From assembly GCA_903832855.1 (NCBI GenBank), contig CAILDB010000014.1:128144-192143 (forward strand): a DNA stretch of 64,000 nucleotides. The letters are read 5' to 3'. This DNA comes from an uncultured bacterium. GTDB lineage: Bacteria > Patescibacteriota > Minisyncoccia > Phycocordibacterales > GWA1-40-21. This document shows positions 10,434 through 19,251 of the stretch, piece after piece. Each line of letters opens with the position of its first letter. The first letter of the stretch is position 1. The position numbers and the translations under genes are program-made. A model generated the notes under the pieces. That model searched no databases. It had not been told where the DNA came from and saw only the letters and a list, made by a program, of their open reading frames with translations.

Positions 10434-10913
10434 GTGAAAAATACTAGAAGTTACATTCCTGACGGAATCTACAAAGACATAGTAGCTCATATGCCTGTTT
10501 CTACAGTTGATGTGGTTTTATTAAATAAAAAAAAGGACAAAACACTTCTTTTCAAGAGAAACAACGAACCAGTAAAAAATGTTTACTTTACTATTGGAGG
10601 CAGGATACTCAAAGGAGAAACTTTTTTACATTGTGCGGTTAGGCAAGCGAAACGCGAACTTGGTTTGAAAATTAATCCTAAAAAAACTTTTTTTGCTGGT
10701 GTAACACAGGACTTTCACAAAAACTCAGTTTTTAAAGGGGTTTCGTATCACGCCGTAGCTATTTTTTTCGCATATATTTTGGAAGATAAAAATATAAATA
10801 TAAAATTTGATACACAACACAGCGACTACAAATGGTTTTCTGTCAAAGATAAGACGCTACATCCACATATTAAAGAAAGAATCAGACAAACCTTGTTGGT
10901 CTTAGAAAAATAA
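10434..10913 (+). CDS. Nudix-family hydrolase-like protein inserted between rplE and rpsN
   Basis: A degenerate Nudix box is present: GGRILKGE-TFLHCAV-RQAKRELGL (Gx5Ex7R..E..G). It is preceded by a beta-strand-like VDVVLL. Start is a GTG. Confidence 0.45.
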   Translation: MKNTRSYIPDGIYKDIVAHMPVSTVDVVLLNKKKDKTLLFKRNNEPVKNVYFTIGGRILKGETFLHCAVRQAKRELGLKINPKKTFFAGVTQDFHKNSVFKGVSYHAVAIFFAYILEDKNINIKFDTQHSDYKWFSVKDKTLHPHIKERIRQTLLVLEK

Positions 10914-10939
10914 AAAGGATTACGGGCCAGGATTTTCTG

Positions 10940-10968
10940 TTGACTTCTCCTTTGCTTCTTGCTAATAT
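10940..10968 (+). promoter_or_regulatory. Internal sigma70-like promoter (TTGACT-17-TAATAT) upstream of rpsN
   Basis: Near-consensus hexamers sit in the 100-nt gap between the Nudix gene and rpsN. Confidence 0.4.
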
Positions 10969-11013
10969 AGCCAAACGAGCTTTTTACGGCTTCGTTTTAA
11001 TTTTATAATCAAA

Positions 11014-11199
11014 GTGGCAAAAACATCAACGATAGCAAGGTCAAAAAAGACACCAAAATTTTCTACACGCGCAACTAGAAGATGTTTTCGTTGTGGAAGA
11101 AAGGCTGGATATATGAGAGACTTTGATCTTTGCAGAATTTGTTTTAGAGAATTTGCAAACGAAGGAAAAATTCCCGGAATAACAAAATCATCATGGTAA
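11014..11199 (+). CDS. rpsN: 30S ribosomal protein S14, short Zn-ribbon type (type Z)
   Basis: The 61-aa product carries CFRCGRK...CRICFRE. Confidence 0.9.
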   Translation: MAKTSTIARSKKTPKFSTRATRRCFRCGRKAGYMRDFDLCRICFREFANEGKIPGITKSSW

Positions 11200-11582
11200 T
11201 AGACCCAATTTCAAATTTTGTAAACGGCATCAAGAATGCCAATAAAGCAGGCAAGGAAACTGTAGAATTTTTTAATTCAAAAATAAAGACCGTAATTGCA
11301 GATGCACTTTCAAAAGCTGGCTACATTGGTGAAGTTTCAAAAAAGAAAAAATCAAACAAGATTGAAGTCACTCTCGCTTACACGGAAGACAAAGAACCAA
11401 AAATAACTGGTATTGAAAGGGTTTCAAAGCAGTCCAGACGCGTCTATGAAAGCTACAAAGAGATAAGACCTTTTATGAACGGTTTTGGTAGATCATTTTT
11501 CTCCACACCAAAAGGTATTTTGACCGACAAAGAAGCCAGAAGAGAAAAAGTTGGCGGAGAAGTTTTATTTAAAATTTGGTAA
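11193..11582 (+). CDS. rpsH: 30S ribosomal protein S8
   Basis: MVIDPISNFVNGIKNANKAGKETVEF matches S8. The ATG overlaps the rpsN stop. Confidence 0.9.
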   Translation: MVIDPISNFVNGIKNANKAGKETVEFFNSKIKTVIADALSKAGYIGEVSKKKKSNKIEVTLAYTEDKEPKITGIERVSKQSRRVYESYKEIRPFMNGFGRSFFSTPKGILTDKEARREKVGGEVLFKIW

Positions 11583-11586
11583 TACA

Positions 11587-12120
11587 ATGTCAAGAATTGG
11601 AAAAAAAGAAATAATCATACCGGCAAAAACAGAAGTTTCAGTTTCTGGTAATTTTGTCATTGTAAAAGGCCCACTCGGTGAACTCAAAAAAGAAATTCCA
11701 GCTGGAGTCAAAATTGATATTAAAGATGGGAAAATAAATCTTTCAATTGCAAAAAAGACGATTGAACTCAACGCTTTGTGGGGAACTATCGCTTCTCATA
11801 TTACAAATATGATTGCCGGTGTAAATAAAGTTTATGAGAAAAAACTTATTATTGAAGGTATTGGTTACAAAGGTGATGTTTCTGGTGCAAAAATTGTTTT
11901 TAGATTGGGCTTCTCCCATCCTATTGAAGTTTTAATTCCAAAAGAGCTCAAAGTCACTTCAGAAAAAGGAATTCTTACAATATCTGGAATAAGCAAAGAT
12001 CTCGTCGGTAGCTATTGCGCAGGAATCAGAGCACTCAAAAAACCAGAACCATACAAAGGCAAAGGTATCAGATACAGTGATGAAGTCATCAGAAGAAAAG
12101 AAGGTAAGAAAACCGCATAA
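11587..12120 (+). CDS. rplF: 50S ribosomal protein L6
   Basis: MSRIGKKEIIIPAKTEVSVSGNFVIVKGPLGEL matches L6. The ORF-track start at 11551 overlaps rpsH, so the start is moved to the internal ATG. Confidence 0.88.
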   Translation: MSRIGKKEIIIPAKTEVSVSGNFVIVKGPLGELKKEIPAGVKIDIKDGKINLSIAKKTIELNALWGTIASHITNMIAGVNKVYEKKLIIEGIGYKGDVSGAKIVFRLGFSHPIEVLIPKELKVTSEKGILTISGISKDLVGSYCAGIRALKKPEPYKGKGIRYSDEVIRRKEGKKTA

Positions 12121-12131
12121 TCTTTAAATAT

Positions 12132-12482
12132 ATGAAAAACACAAGTTCAAGAACAGCAAAAGTAGCAAGAAGACACAATAGAATCCGAGCAAAAGTCGCC
12201 GGTACCTCTGAGATGCCTCGTCTTGCTGTTTTCCGTTCCAACAAAGCAATTTACGGACAAATTATAAATGATGATGCGGGCACCACACTCGTGGGTTTTT
12301 CTTCAGCAAAAGCAAAAGGTAAAACATTTTTGGCAAAGTCCATTGATGCAGGGAAAGAGATAGCAAAGCTTGCAATTGCAAAAGGAGTGAGTAAAGTTGT
12401 CTTTGACAGAGGAGGTTTCCTTTACACAGGCAAGGTCAAAGCATTTGCAGATGGCGCCAGAGAAGGCGGACTTAAATTTTAA
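12132..12482 (+). CDS. rplR: 50S ribosomal protein L18
   Basis: RHNRIRAKVAGTSEMPRLAVFRSNKAIYGQIINDDAGTTL matches L18. Confidence 0.9.
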   Translation: MKNTSSRTAKVARRHNRIRAKVAGTSEMPRLAVFRSNKAIYGQIINDDAGTTLVGFSSAKAKGKTFLAKSIDAGKEIAKLAIAKGVSKVVFDRGGFLYTGKVKAFADGAREGGLKF

Positions 12483-12487
12483 TAATT

Positions 12488-13204
12488 ATGGAAGATAAAA
12501 CAAACACAACAGCACAAGTCACAGCGACAGCTACTCCGGTAGTAAGGCCTGCTTTTCCTAAAACTTTTTCCTCAAGAGGTCCAAGACCGTTTGGAACTTT
12601 TGGTAGAAGTCCAACATCAAGAGATGGGCAAGGATCAGGACCAGGAGGTTTCCGAGGTAAAAATCCTAGAAAGGGTTTTACATCTCGCGATCCTAGAGCC
12701 AAACCAGAATTTGATCAAAAAATCTTAAACATTAGAAGAGTTACCAGAGTTACTTCAGGCGGAAAGAGACTCAACTTTAGCGTAGCTATGGTTGCCGGAA
12801 ACAGAAAAGGTTCTGTCGGAGTAGGTACAGGAAAGGCCATTGATACATCTCTTGCAATTGAAAAAGCTCTCAGAAATGCAAAGAAAAATATGATTAAGCT
12901 CAATCTCGTAAAAAATAATTCCATCCCTCACATTGTAATGGCAAAATATTGTAGCGGAACAATTTCCATTATGCCAACTCCAGGAAAAGGTGTGACCGCA
13001 GGAAGTGCCGTCAAATATGTTATTGAGCTTGCTGGAATAAATGATGTCACCGCAAAAATTATTTCACCTTCAAAAAATAAATTGAATATGGCGAGAGCTA
13101 CTATTGAAGCACTTTCTGCTTTTGCAAAAAAGAAAGGTGCTGTAGAAGCAAAGCCAGTTGTCGCAATGCCCGTGCCAGTAGAAGTTAATCCTAAATCAAA
13201 ATAA
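12488..13204 (+). CDS. rpsE: 30S ribosomal protein S5 with ~75-aa Arg/Gly/Pro-rich N-terminal extension
   Basis: The S5 core is present: RVTRVTSGGKRLNFSVAMVAGNRKGSVGVGTGKA. The N-terminal tail is low-complexity RGG-like. Confidence 0.9.
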   Translation: MEDKTNTTAQVTATATPVVRPAFPKTFSSRGPRPFGTFGRSPTSRDGQGSGPGGFRGKNPRKGFTSRDPRAKPEFDQKILNIRRVTRVTSGGKRLNFSVAMVAGNRKGSVGVGTGKAIDTSLAIEKALRNAKKNMIKLNLVKNNSIPHIVMAKYCSGTISIMPTPGKGVTAGSAVKYVIELAGINDVTAKIISPSKNKLNMARATIEALSAFAKKKGAVEAKPVVAMPVPVEVNPKSK

Positions 13205-13234
13205 GAATTTTGATCGGACAAGAAAATAAATAAT

Positions 13235-13669
13235 ATGCAAAAACACGATTTAAAAAGAAAAACAAAAAACAAAAAAGTTATCTCTGTCGGCAGAGGCGGT
13301 AAAAGAGGTAAAACATCTGGAAGAGGAGGAAAGGGTCAGACTGCTCGCGCTGGACACAAAGTTCGTCCAGAGATGAGAGATATGATCAAGAAACTTCCTA
13401 AACTTAGAGGGTATGCCTTTAAGACTATCAAACAGTTTTCAGTTTCTAATTTTAACATAGGAGATTTAAATGATATCTTTTCAAGTGGAGATGTAGTCAG
13501 CCCAAAAACTTTGGTGGACAACGGATTTTTGGAAATCTACAAAGGCAAAAAGCCAGCCGTAAAAATCTTGGCTGGAGGTGAGATTACCAAAAAATTAAAA
13601 ATAGAAGGTTGTGCCATTTCAAAAGAAGCAAAAATTAAAATAGAAAAAGCAGGAGGAACAGTAAAATAA
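13235..13669 (+). CDS. rplO: 50S ribosomal protein L15 (directly after rpsE; no L30 gene)
   Basis: GRGGKRGKTSGRGGKGQTARAGHKVRP matches L15. Confidence 0.85.
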   Translation: MQKHDLKRKTKNKKVISVGRGGKRGKTSGRGGKGQTARAGHKVRPEMRDMIKKLPKLRGYAFKTIKQFSVSNFNIGDLNDIFSSGDVVSPKTLVDNGFLEIYKGKKPAVKILAGGEITKKLKIEGCAISKEAKIKIEKAGGTVK

Positions 13670-13675
13670 ACCACT

Positions 13676-14947
13676 ATGAATTTCTGGATTAAAATAAAAA
13701 TGATTCTGGAAGATAAGACCTTGAGAAACCGAATCCTTTTTGTGCTCGGTGGTCTTTTGATATTCAGATTGCTTTCTGCCATTCCAATGCCGGGAATTGA
13801 CTCATCTAAGCTTGCAACTTTCTTTTCAGGAAATCAATTTTTGGGTTTGATAGATGTTTTTTCTGGTGGAGGACTTAGCCGACTTTCCATCGTGATGCTT
13901 GGTGTCGGTCCTTACATTACTTCGTCCATTATTATGCAACTTTTGACGATGATGGTTCCAAAGATGAAAGAAATGTATCATGAGGAAGGGGAAGCAGGAA
14001 GAAAGAAATTCACTCAGTATTCACGACTTTTGACTGTTCCTATAGCTTTCATTCAGGGTTTTGCATATCTTTCCTTACTTTCAAAATCAGGTATGGTGCC
14101 AGCTCTCGGTTTTTTTGAAATGGTTACAAGTATTGCTATTGTCACTGCCGGTGCAATGTTTCTAATGTGGCTTGGTGAGATGATGACCGAATTTGGAATT
14201 GGAAATGGAACTTCAATAATTATTTTTGCAGGTATTGTCTCCAGATTGCCTTCTGATTTGAGTAGATTATATTTGACTTTTGACCCCGCACAAATACCAA
14301 TGTATTTGGCATTTCTCGTGGTTGCAGTTATCGTTATTTTGGGCGTTGTCTATGTATCCGAAGCCGAAAGACCTATTCCCGTGACCTATGCAAAAAGGGT
14401 TCGAGGTTCTAACACTTCCGGTGGGGTTTCCACATATTTACCACTCAGAGTAAATCAGGCTGGAGTTATTCCAATTATTTTTGCACTTTCTATCGTTCTT
14501 TTCCCTCAAATGATTTCAAAATATTTTGCGACTGCTGCAAGTAGTGAAGTGATAAAGACCATCGCAAGCAACATTTATAATTTTCTTTCAAATAACTGGG
14601 TTTACGGTATATCATATTTTATTTTGGTATTTCTCTTTACATATTTTTACACAGCAGTCACCTTTGATCCAGAGTCCGTTTCCACAAATTTGCAAAAAAA
14701 TGGTGCATTTATTCCGGGTGTAAGACCAGGTGCTTCCACTGCAGAATACCTCGGCAAAATTCTCACAAGAATAACTCTCGTTGGAGCAGTCTTTCTTGGT
14801 CTCATCGCTGTTCTTCCTATGGTTGTCCAAGGCGTAACTGGTATCAGTTCAATTGCAGTTGGCGGTACAGCACTTCTTATTGTTGTTTCTGTTGTCATTG
14901 ATCTCATCAAAAAAGTGGAAGCACAGATTTCTATTCGAGAATACTAA
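13676..14947 (+). CDS. secY: Preprotein translocase SecY
   Basis: A 423-aa multi-TM protein. The N-terminus LFVLGGLLIFRLLSAIPMPGID and the ordering within the operon fit SecY. Confidence 0.9.
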   Translation: MNFWIKIKMILEDKTLRNRILFVLGGLLIFRLLSAIPMPGIDSSKLATFFSGNQFLGLIDVFSGGGLSRLSIVMLGVGPYITSSIIMQLLTMMVPKMKEMYHEEGEAGRKKFTQYSRLLTVPIAFIQGFAYLSLLSKSGMVPALGFFEMVTSIAIVTAGAMFLMWLGEMMTEFGIGNGTSIIIFAGIVSRLPSDLSRLYLTFDPAQIPMYLAFLVVAVIVILGVVYVSEAERPIPVTYAKRVRGSNTSGGVSTYLPLRVNQAGVIPIIFALSIVLFPQMISKYFATAASSEVIKTIASNIYNFLSNNWVYGISYFILVFLFTYFYTAVTFDPESVSTNLQKNGAFIPGVRPGASTAEYLGKILTRITLVGAVFLGLIAVLPMVVQGVTGISSIAVGGTALLIVVSVVIDLIKKVEAQISIREY

Positions 14948-15002
14948 GGCCAAAAAAACAAAAACTTGGACGTCGAACGTCCAAGTTTTTGTTTTTTTGG
15001 CC
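14948..15002 (+). terminator. 25-bp perfect hairpin (ggccaaaaaaacaaaaacttggacg-tcgaa-cgtccaagtttttgtttttttggcc) between secY and adk
   Basis: A perfect inverted repeat with a 5-nt loop. It could be an intra-operon attenuator, terminator or processing site. Confidence 0.45.
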
Positions 15003-15023
15003 GTACTCTGTTATACTCTCTTT

Positions 15024-15650
15024 ATGTTTAATATATTTAAAAAAGAAGCGGAAAACGATAAGCTTGGTCAAGCTTATATTTTTATTGGTAAATCAGGATG
15101 TGGGAAAGGCACCCAAGTTGAGCTTTTTAAGGCTAAATTGGCAGAAAAAGGTGAATCAAAGACTCTCCACCTTGAAACGGGAGCTTTTTTTAGAGAGTTT
15201 ATAAAAGGAAATTCTTTTACTCAAGTACTATCCAGAAAAACTGTAGAAACTGGAGGGCTTATGCCTGGAGCTTTTGCAATGTGTCTTTGGGTCAATTATC
15301 TTGAGAAGTATTTTACCGGTAAAGAAGATTTACTTTTTGATGGTGCCCCAAGGAAACTTCAAGAGGCTGAGCTCCTTGATGGTGTGTTGAAATTTTACGG
15401 AATTGAAAAATATAAAGTTATCTATATGAATGTCAGTGATAAGTGGTCTCACGACAGACTTCTTGTCCGTGGCAGAAAAGATGATAGTGAAGAAGGAATT
15501 GCAAAAAGAATGGCTTGGTTTCAAAATGATGTGATGCCTTGCATAGAATTTTTCAAAAACAATCCAAATTGCCACTTTGTGGATGTAAACGGAGAACAAA
15601 CAGTAGAAGCTGTCCGGACCGAAATTGCGAAGAAGGTTTTCATCGAATAA
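15024..15650 (+). CDS. adk: Adenylate kinase
   Basis: The P-loop IFIGKSGCGKGTQ and the motif LFDGAPR are present. The ORF-track start at 14853 overlaps secY, so the start is placed at ATG 15024. Confidence 0.85.
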   Translation: MFNIFKKEAENDKLGQAYIFIGKSGCGKGTQVELFKAKLAEKGESKTLHLETGAFFREFIKGNSFTQVLSRKTVETGGLMPGAFAMCLWVNYLEKYFTGKEDLLFDGAPRKLQEAELLDGVLKFYGIEKYKVIYMNVSDKWSHDRLLVRGRKDDSEEGIAKRMAWFQNDVMPCIEFFKNNPNCHFVDVNGEQTVEAVRTEIAKKVFIE

Positions 15651-15651
15651 T

Positions 15652-16416
15652 ATGATTAAGTTAAAGACAGAGGAAGAAATAAAAATTCTGCGAGAAGGCG
15701 GAATCCGTTTGTCGTTTATTTTAAAAGAAGTCGCAAAAAAAGTTGCAGTAGGGGTAAGTGCAAAAGAGCTTGATGACCTCGCCTACAAACTTGCAACAGA
15801 AAATGGAGACGAGTCAGCTTTTTTAAATTACAAAGGAAGAGGCGATAGAAAATCATACCCAGCATCTCTTTGCGTTTCTATAAACGACGAAGTGGTCCAC
15901 GGAATTCCCACCGAAGATAAAATAATAAAAGATGGAGACATTGTTTCTCTTGATATGGGACTTATTCACAAAGGTTTATTTACCGATTCGGCCATCACTG
16001 TGCCAGTAGGAAATGTGGATGAAGTCGGTATTAAACTTATAAATGTTACAAGAGAGGCACTTCGCGTCGCGATTGACTGCGCAAAAAAAGCAAAAAATAT
16101 CGGTGACATCGGCTACGCCGTAGAAAGATTTGTAAAACCAACTCGTTTCGGAATTGTAGAAATTCTTTGCGGACACGGTGTCGGATATGCCGTGCACGAA
16201 GATCCTTTTATACCAAATTTTGGCAGGCGAGGTGATGGTGCAAAAATAGAAAAAGGTCTCGTGATTGCGATTGAGCCGATGGTAAACGAAGGGACTAAAG
16301 AAGTTTTTGAAGGCACTGACGGCTTCTCTTTTAAAACCCGTGACGGCAAAAGAAGCGCCCACTTTGAACACACAATTGCCTTTACGAAGGACGGGGTGGT
16401 GGTGATTACGGAATAA
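15652..16416 (+). CDS. map: Methionine aminopeptidase type I
   Basis: HGIPTEDKIIKDGDIVSLDMG, GHGVGYAVHEDP and IEPMVNEGT are present, the metal-ligand motifs. Confidence 0.9.
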   Translation: MIKLKTEEEIKILREGGIRLSFILKEVAKKVAVGVSAKELDDLAYKLATENGDESAFLNYKGRGDRKSYPASLCVSINDEVVHGIPTEDKIIKDGDIVSLDMGLIHKGLFTDSAITVPVGNVDEVGIKLINVTREALRVAIDCAKKAKNIGDIGYAVERFVKPTRFGIVEILCGHGVGYAVHEDPFIPNFGRRGDGAKIEKGLVIAIEPMVNEGTKEVFEGTDGFSFKTRDGKRSAHFEHTIAFTKDGVVVITE

Positions 16417-16462
16417 GTTTCTTTTTCATTTTCTAAATATAATGGTATAATTTCTCTTATAT

Positions 16463-19234
16463 ATGCCAGAAGGTTTTAACTTTGAAAAAGGAACAGCATT
16501 TAAAAATCCACAGGAGGAGTTGGATTTTTTGCGTGCGGAGGTTTTGAAGAGAGAAAAGGAGATGGAGAAAACCGGAGAGAAGATTGAGAGAGAAAAAATA
16601 ATTTCAGAAAAAATTCACGCGTATGAAGATGCTCCGAAAAATGTTTTGCATAAAGATTATGCTATGCCAGCTGAGCATACGGATGCTATTGTCCTAGAAC
16701 TTTCACCAGAAGAGCACGACAAGAAGATGGAAGAACTTGTAGCGATTCTTGCCGAAAAAGGAATGCTCAATACTTTATCTATTATTGAAAAAATGGGCGA
16801 CCCGCACATTGAGGATGATTTTCACAGATTTCTCGTTCAGTATGTGAAAGCCGGTTTTGATATGAAAAAAGAAAAAAGCCCCGTTTTCAAAGCACTCTCA
16901 ATGACCTTGTATGAAATTGATTTGCCTGTAAAAAATAAAGAGGATGAAAAAAGCGACGGTAAGCCAAGCAGGGAGCTTGTCTCAAAAATGGAACAGTTTT
17001 ATAACGGGATGCTTAGTATTTCTTCCGCAAACGGGGTGGAATATTTTTCTATGGAGCTTGCCAATTCCAATCACAAAGAAGACATTATTTTTTACATTGC
17101 AATTCCGGATATGGCAAAGGGAATTTTTGAAAAGCATATTTTATCTATTTTCCCCGAAGCGCATCTTGCAGAAAGAAAAGACGATTACAATATTTTTAAT
17201 GAATCCGGTTCCTCGGTCATTTCTGTGGCGAGACTCAAAGGTCATCCCATATTACCGATTGGGACTTTTGAAACTTTTGATCATGACCCGATGAATGTGA
17301 TTATAAATAGCTTTTCTAAACTTTCAAAAGATACCGAAGGTGCGTCTATTCAAGTCATAGTAAAACCTTGCGGAGATAAATACAACAAAATTTACAGAAA
17401 AGGTTACAATGAATTGAATAAAGGCAAGAAACTATCAAAAGCAATCAAAGAAATGGAGTCAGGTTTTTGGAGTGAGGTTGTGAAGGTTTTTAAAACAGAA
17501 GAAAAACCAAAAGAAGACGCTCGTCCGGATGAAATTTCTATGACTCTCGTGAAGCAGAAAATTTCCACACCTATTTTTAAAACGAATATTAAAATTGCCG
17601 TGTCTGCAGGTTCCGAAGCTCGTGCGGAGTCAATTCTTGGCGAAATAGAATCGTCTTTCAATCAGTTCACTCTTCCGATGGGTAATTCTTTTGTTTGGAA
17701 CAGGGTTACCGGACGGGCACTCACAAAAAGTTTTAGAAATTTTACTTTTAGAGTTTTTGATGAAGACCAAAACATTCCACTTGATTCTAAGGAAATCGCA
17801 TCTCTGATGCATTTGCCAGATTTTTATTTTTCTGCCTCAAATCAGCTCAAGCAAGTAAAGTCCATTTCTGCACCGGCACCTCTAGGATTAGCGACTGGCG
17901 GTGTAATGCTCGGATACAATAAACACAGGGGAGTAGATACCGAAATCTGGATGACTCCAGAGGACAGGCTGCGACACTTCTATGTAATAGGTCAGACTGG
18001 TACAGGTAAGACGACATTACTCAAAAGTATGATTCGCCAAGATATTTTAAATGGCAATGGTGTTTGTATGATCGACCCGCACGGCTCTGATATTCAAGAG
18101 GTCCTTTCATATATTCCAAAAGAGCGCATAGAAGATGTAATTTATTTTGACCCAAGTAGTACAGACAGAGTGATGGCACTCAATATGCTTGAATATGATG
18201 TGAGCAAACCACAGCAAAAAACTTTTGTAGTTAACGAGCTTTTTAGTATTTTCCAAAAATTATATGGCGCTGTACCAGAATCAATGGGGCCAATGTTTGA
18301 ACAATATTTTAGAAATGCCACGATGCTTGTAATTGAAGATCCAGAAACGGGTTGCACGCTTTTGGAAGTATCACGCGTGATGGCCAATAAAGAATTTAGA
18401 AAGATGAAACTTTCTCATTGCAAAAATCCTATCATTGTTCAATTCTGGACAGAGATTGCAGAAAAGGCTGGTGGGGAAGCGTCGCTTGCAAACATTGTGC
18501 CTTACATTGTCAGTAAGTTTGACGTATTTTTGGCGAACGAAATAATGCGACCTATTATTGCCCAAGAAAAATCATCCTTCAATTTCCGAGACATAATGGA
18601 CAACAAAAAAATTCTTCTTGTAAACCTCGCAAAAGGAAAACTTGGCGATATCAACTCAAATCTTATCGGACTTATTATTGTAGGTAAACTTTTGATGTCT
18701 GCACTTTCTCGTGTGGATTCTTTCGGCGGAAAAGAGCTTCCTCCTTTTTATCTTTACATTGATGAGTTTCAAAATGTAACCACAGATTCTATTTCCACTA
18801 TTCTTTCTGAGGCCAGAAAATATAAATTGTCTTTGACTGTCGCGCACCAATTTATCGCTCAGCTTCAAGAAAAAATCCGTGATTCCGTCTTCGGAAACGT
18901 TGGTTCTATGGCAGCATATCGTGTGAGTTCTGAGGACGCAGAATATTTGGAAAAACAATTTGGTCCGACTTTTTCAAAAAAAGATTTATCAAACATTGAA
19001 AATTACAATGCTTGTGTTAAGATGCTAAGCCGTGGTGTCCCACAGACGCCTTTCAGCATTTATGTTCCCAACCCTCCAAAGGGTGAAATGTCCTATATAA
19101 ATGATATGAAAGAACTTTCATATTTGAAGTACGGCAGAGAAAGAGCCTTAGTGGAAGAAGAAATAATGTTGAAATACAAAAAGCCGGAGCCGGTAATTCC
19201 ACCGCAGGCTTCACCAGAACCATTTAAAATTTAA
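16463..19234 (+). CDS. 923-aa protein: ~480-aa N-terminal domain of unknown function fused to a VirD4/TraG/TraD-like (T4CP/HerA-like) P-loop ATPase
   Basis: Walker A is VIGQTGTGKTTLL. IDPHG, Walker-B-like YLYIDEFQN and the coupling-protein-like C-terminal motif EARKYKLSLTVAHQFIAQL...FGNVGSM are present. It is a paralog of the 42623 gene. Confidence 0.5.
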   Translation: MPEGFNFEKGTAFKNPQEELDFLRAEVLKREKEMEKTGEKIEREKIISEKIHAYEDAPKNVLHKDYAMPAEHTDAIVLELSPEEHDKKMEELVAILAEKGMLNTLSIIEKMGDPHIEDDFHRFLVQYVKAGFDMKKEKSPVFKALSMTLYEIDLPVKNKEDEKSDGKPSRELVSKMEQFYNGMLSISSANGVEYFSMELANSNHKEDIIFYIAIPDMAKGIFEKHILSIFPEAHLAERKDDYNIFNESGSSVISVARLKGHPILPIGTFETFDHDPMNVIINSFSKLSKDTEGASIQVIVKPCGDKYNKIYRKGYNELNKGKKLSKAIKEMESGFWSEVVKVFKTEEKPKEDARPDEISMTLVKQKISTPIFKTNIKIAVSAGSEARAESILGEIESSFNQFTLPMGNSFVWNRVTGRALTKSFRNFTFRVFDEDQNIPLDSKEIASLMHLPDFYFSASNQLKQVKSISAPAPLGLATGGVMLGYNKHRGVDTEIWMTPEDRLRHFYVIGQTGTGKTTLLKSMIRQDILNGNGVCMIDPHGSDIQEVLSYIPKERIEDVIYFDPSSTDRVMALNMLEYDVSKPQQKTFVVNELFSIFQKLYGAVPESMGPMFEQYFRNATMLVIEDPETGCTLLEVSRVMANKEFRKMKLSHCKNPIIVQFWTEIAEKAGGEASLANIVPYIVSKFDVFLANEIMRPIIAQEKSSFNFRDIMDNKKILLVNLAKGKLGDINSNLIGLIIVGKLLMSALSRVDSFGGKELPPFYLYIDEFQNVTTDSISTILSEARKYKLSLTVAHQFIAQLQEKIRDSVFGNVGSMAAYRVSSEDAEYLEKQFGPTFSKKDLSNIENYNACVKMLSRGVPQTPFSIYVPNPPKGEMSYINDMKELSYLKYGRERALVEEEIMLKYKKPEPVIPPQASPEPFKI

Positions 19235-19251
19235 TAATTAATAAATAAAAG

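Noticed and set aside
11551-11586. ORF-track 5' extension of rplF overlapping rpsH
   Set aside because: The L6 homology (MSRIGKKEIIIP) begins at ATG 11587. The upstream codons overlap the S8 C-terminus.
14853-15023. ORF-track 5' extension of adk overlapping the secY 3' end
   Set aside because: The extension lacks adenylate kinase homology and overlaps secY and the long hairpin. The conserved Adk N-terminus and P-loop start at the internal ATG 15024.
16944-17294. 116-aa alternative-frame ORF inside the 923-aa ATPase gene
   Set aside because: It is fully embedded in a longer ORF that has conserved motifs, and its product is low-complexity.
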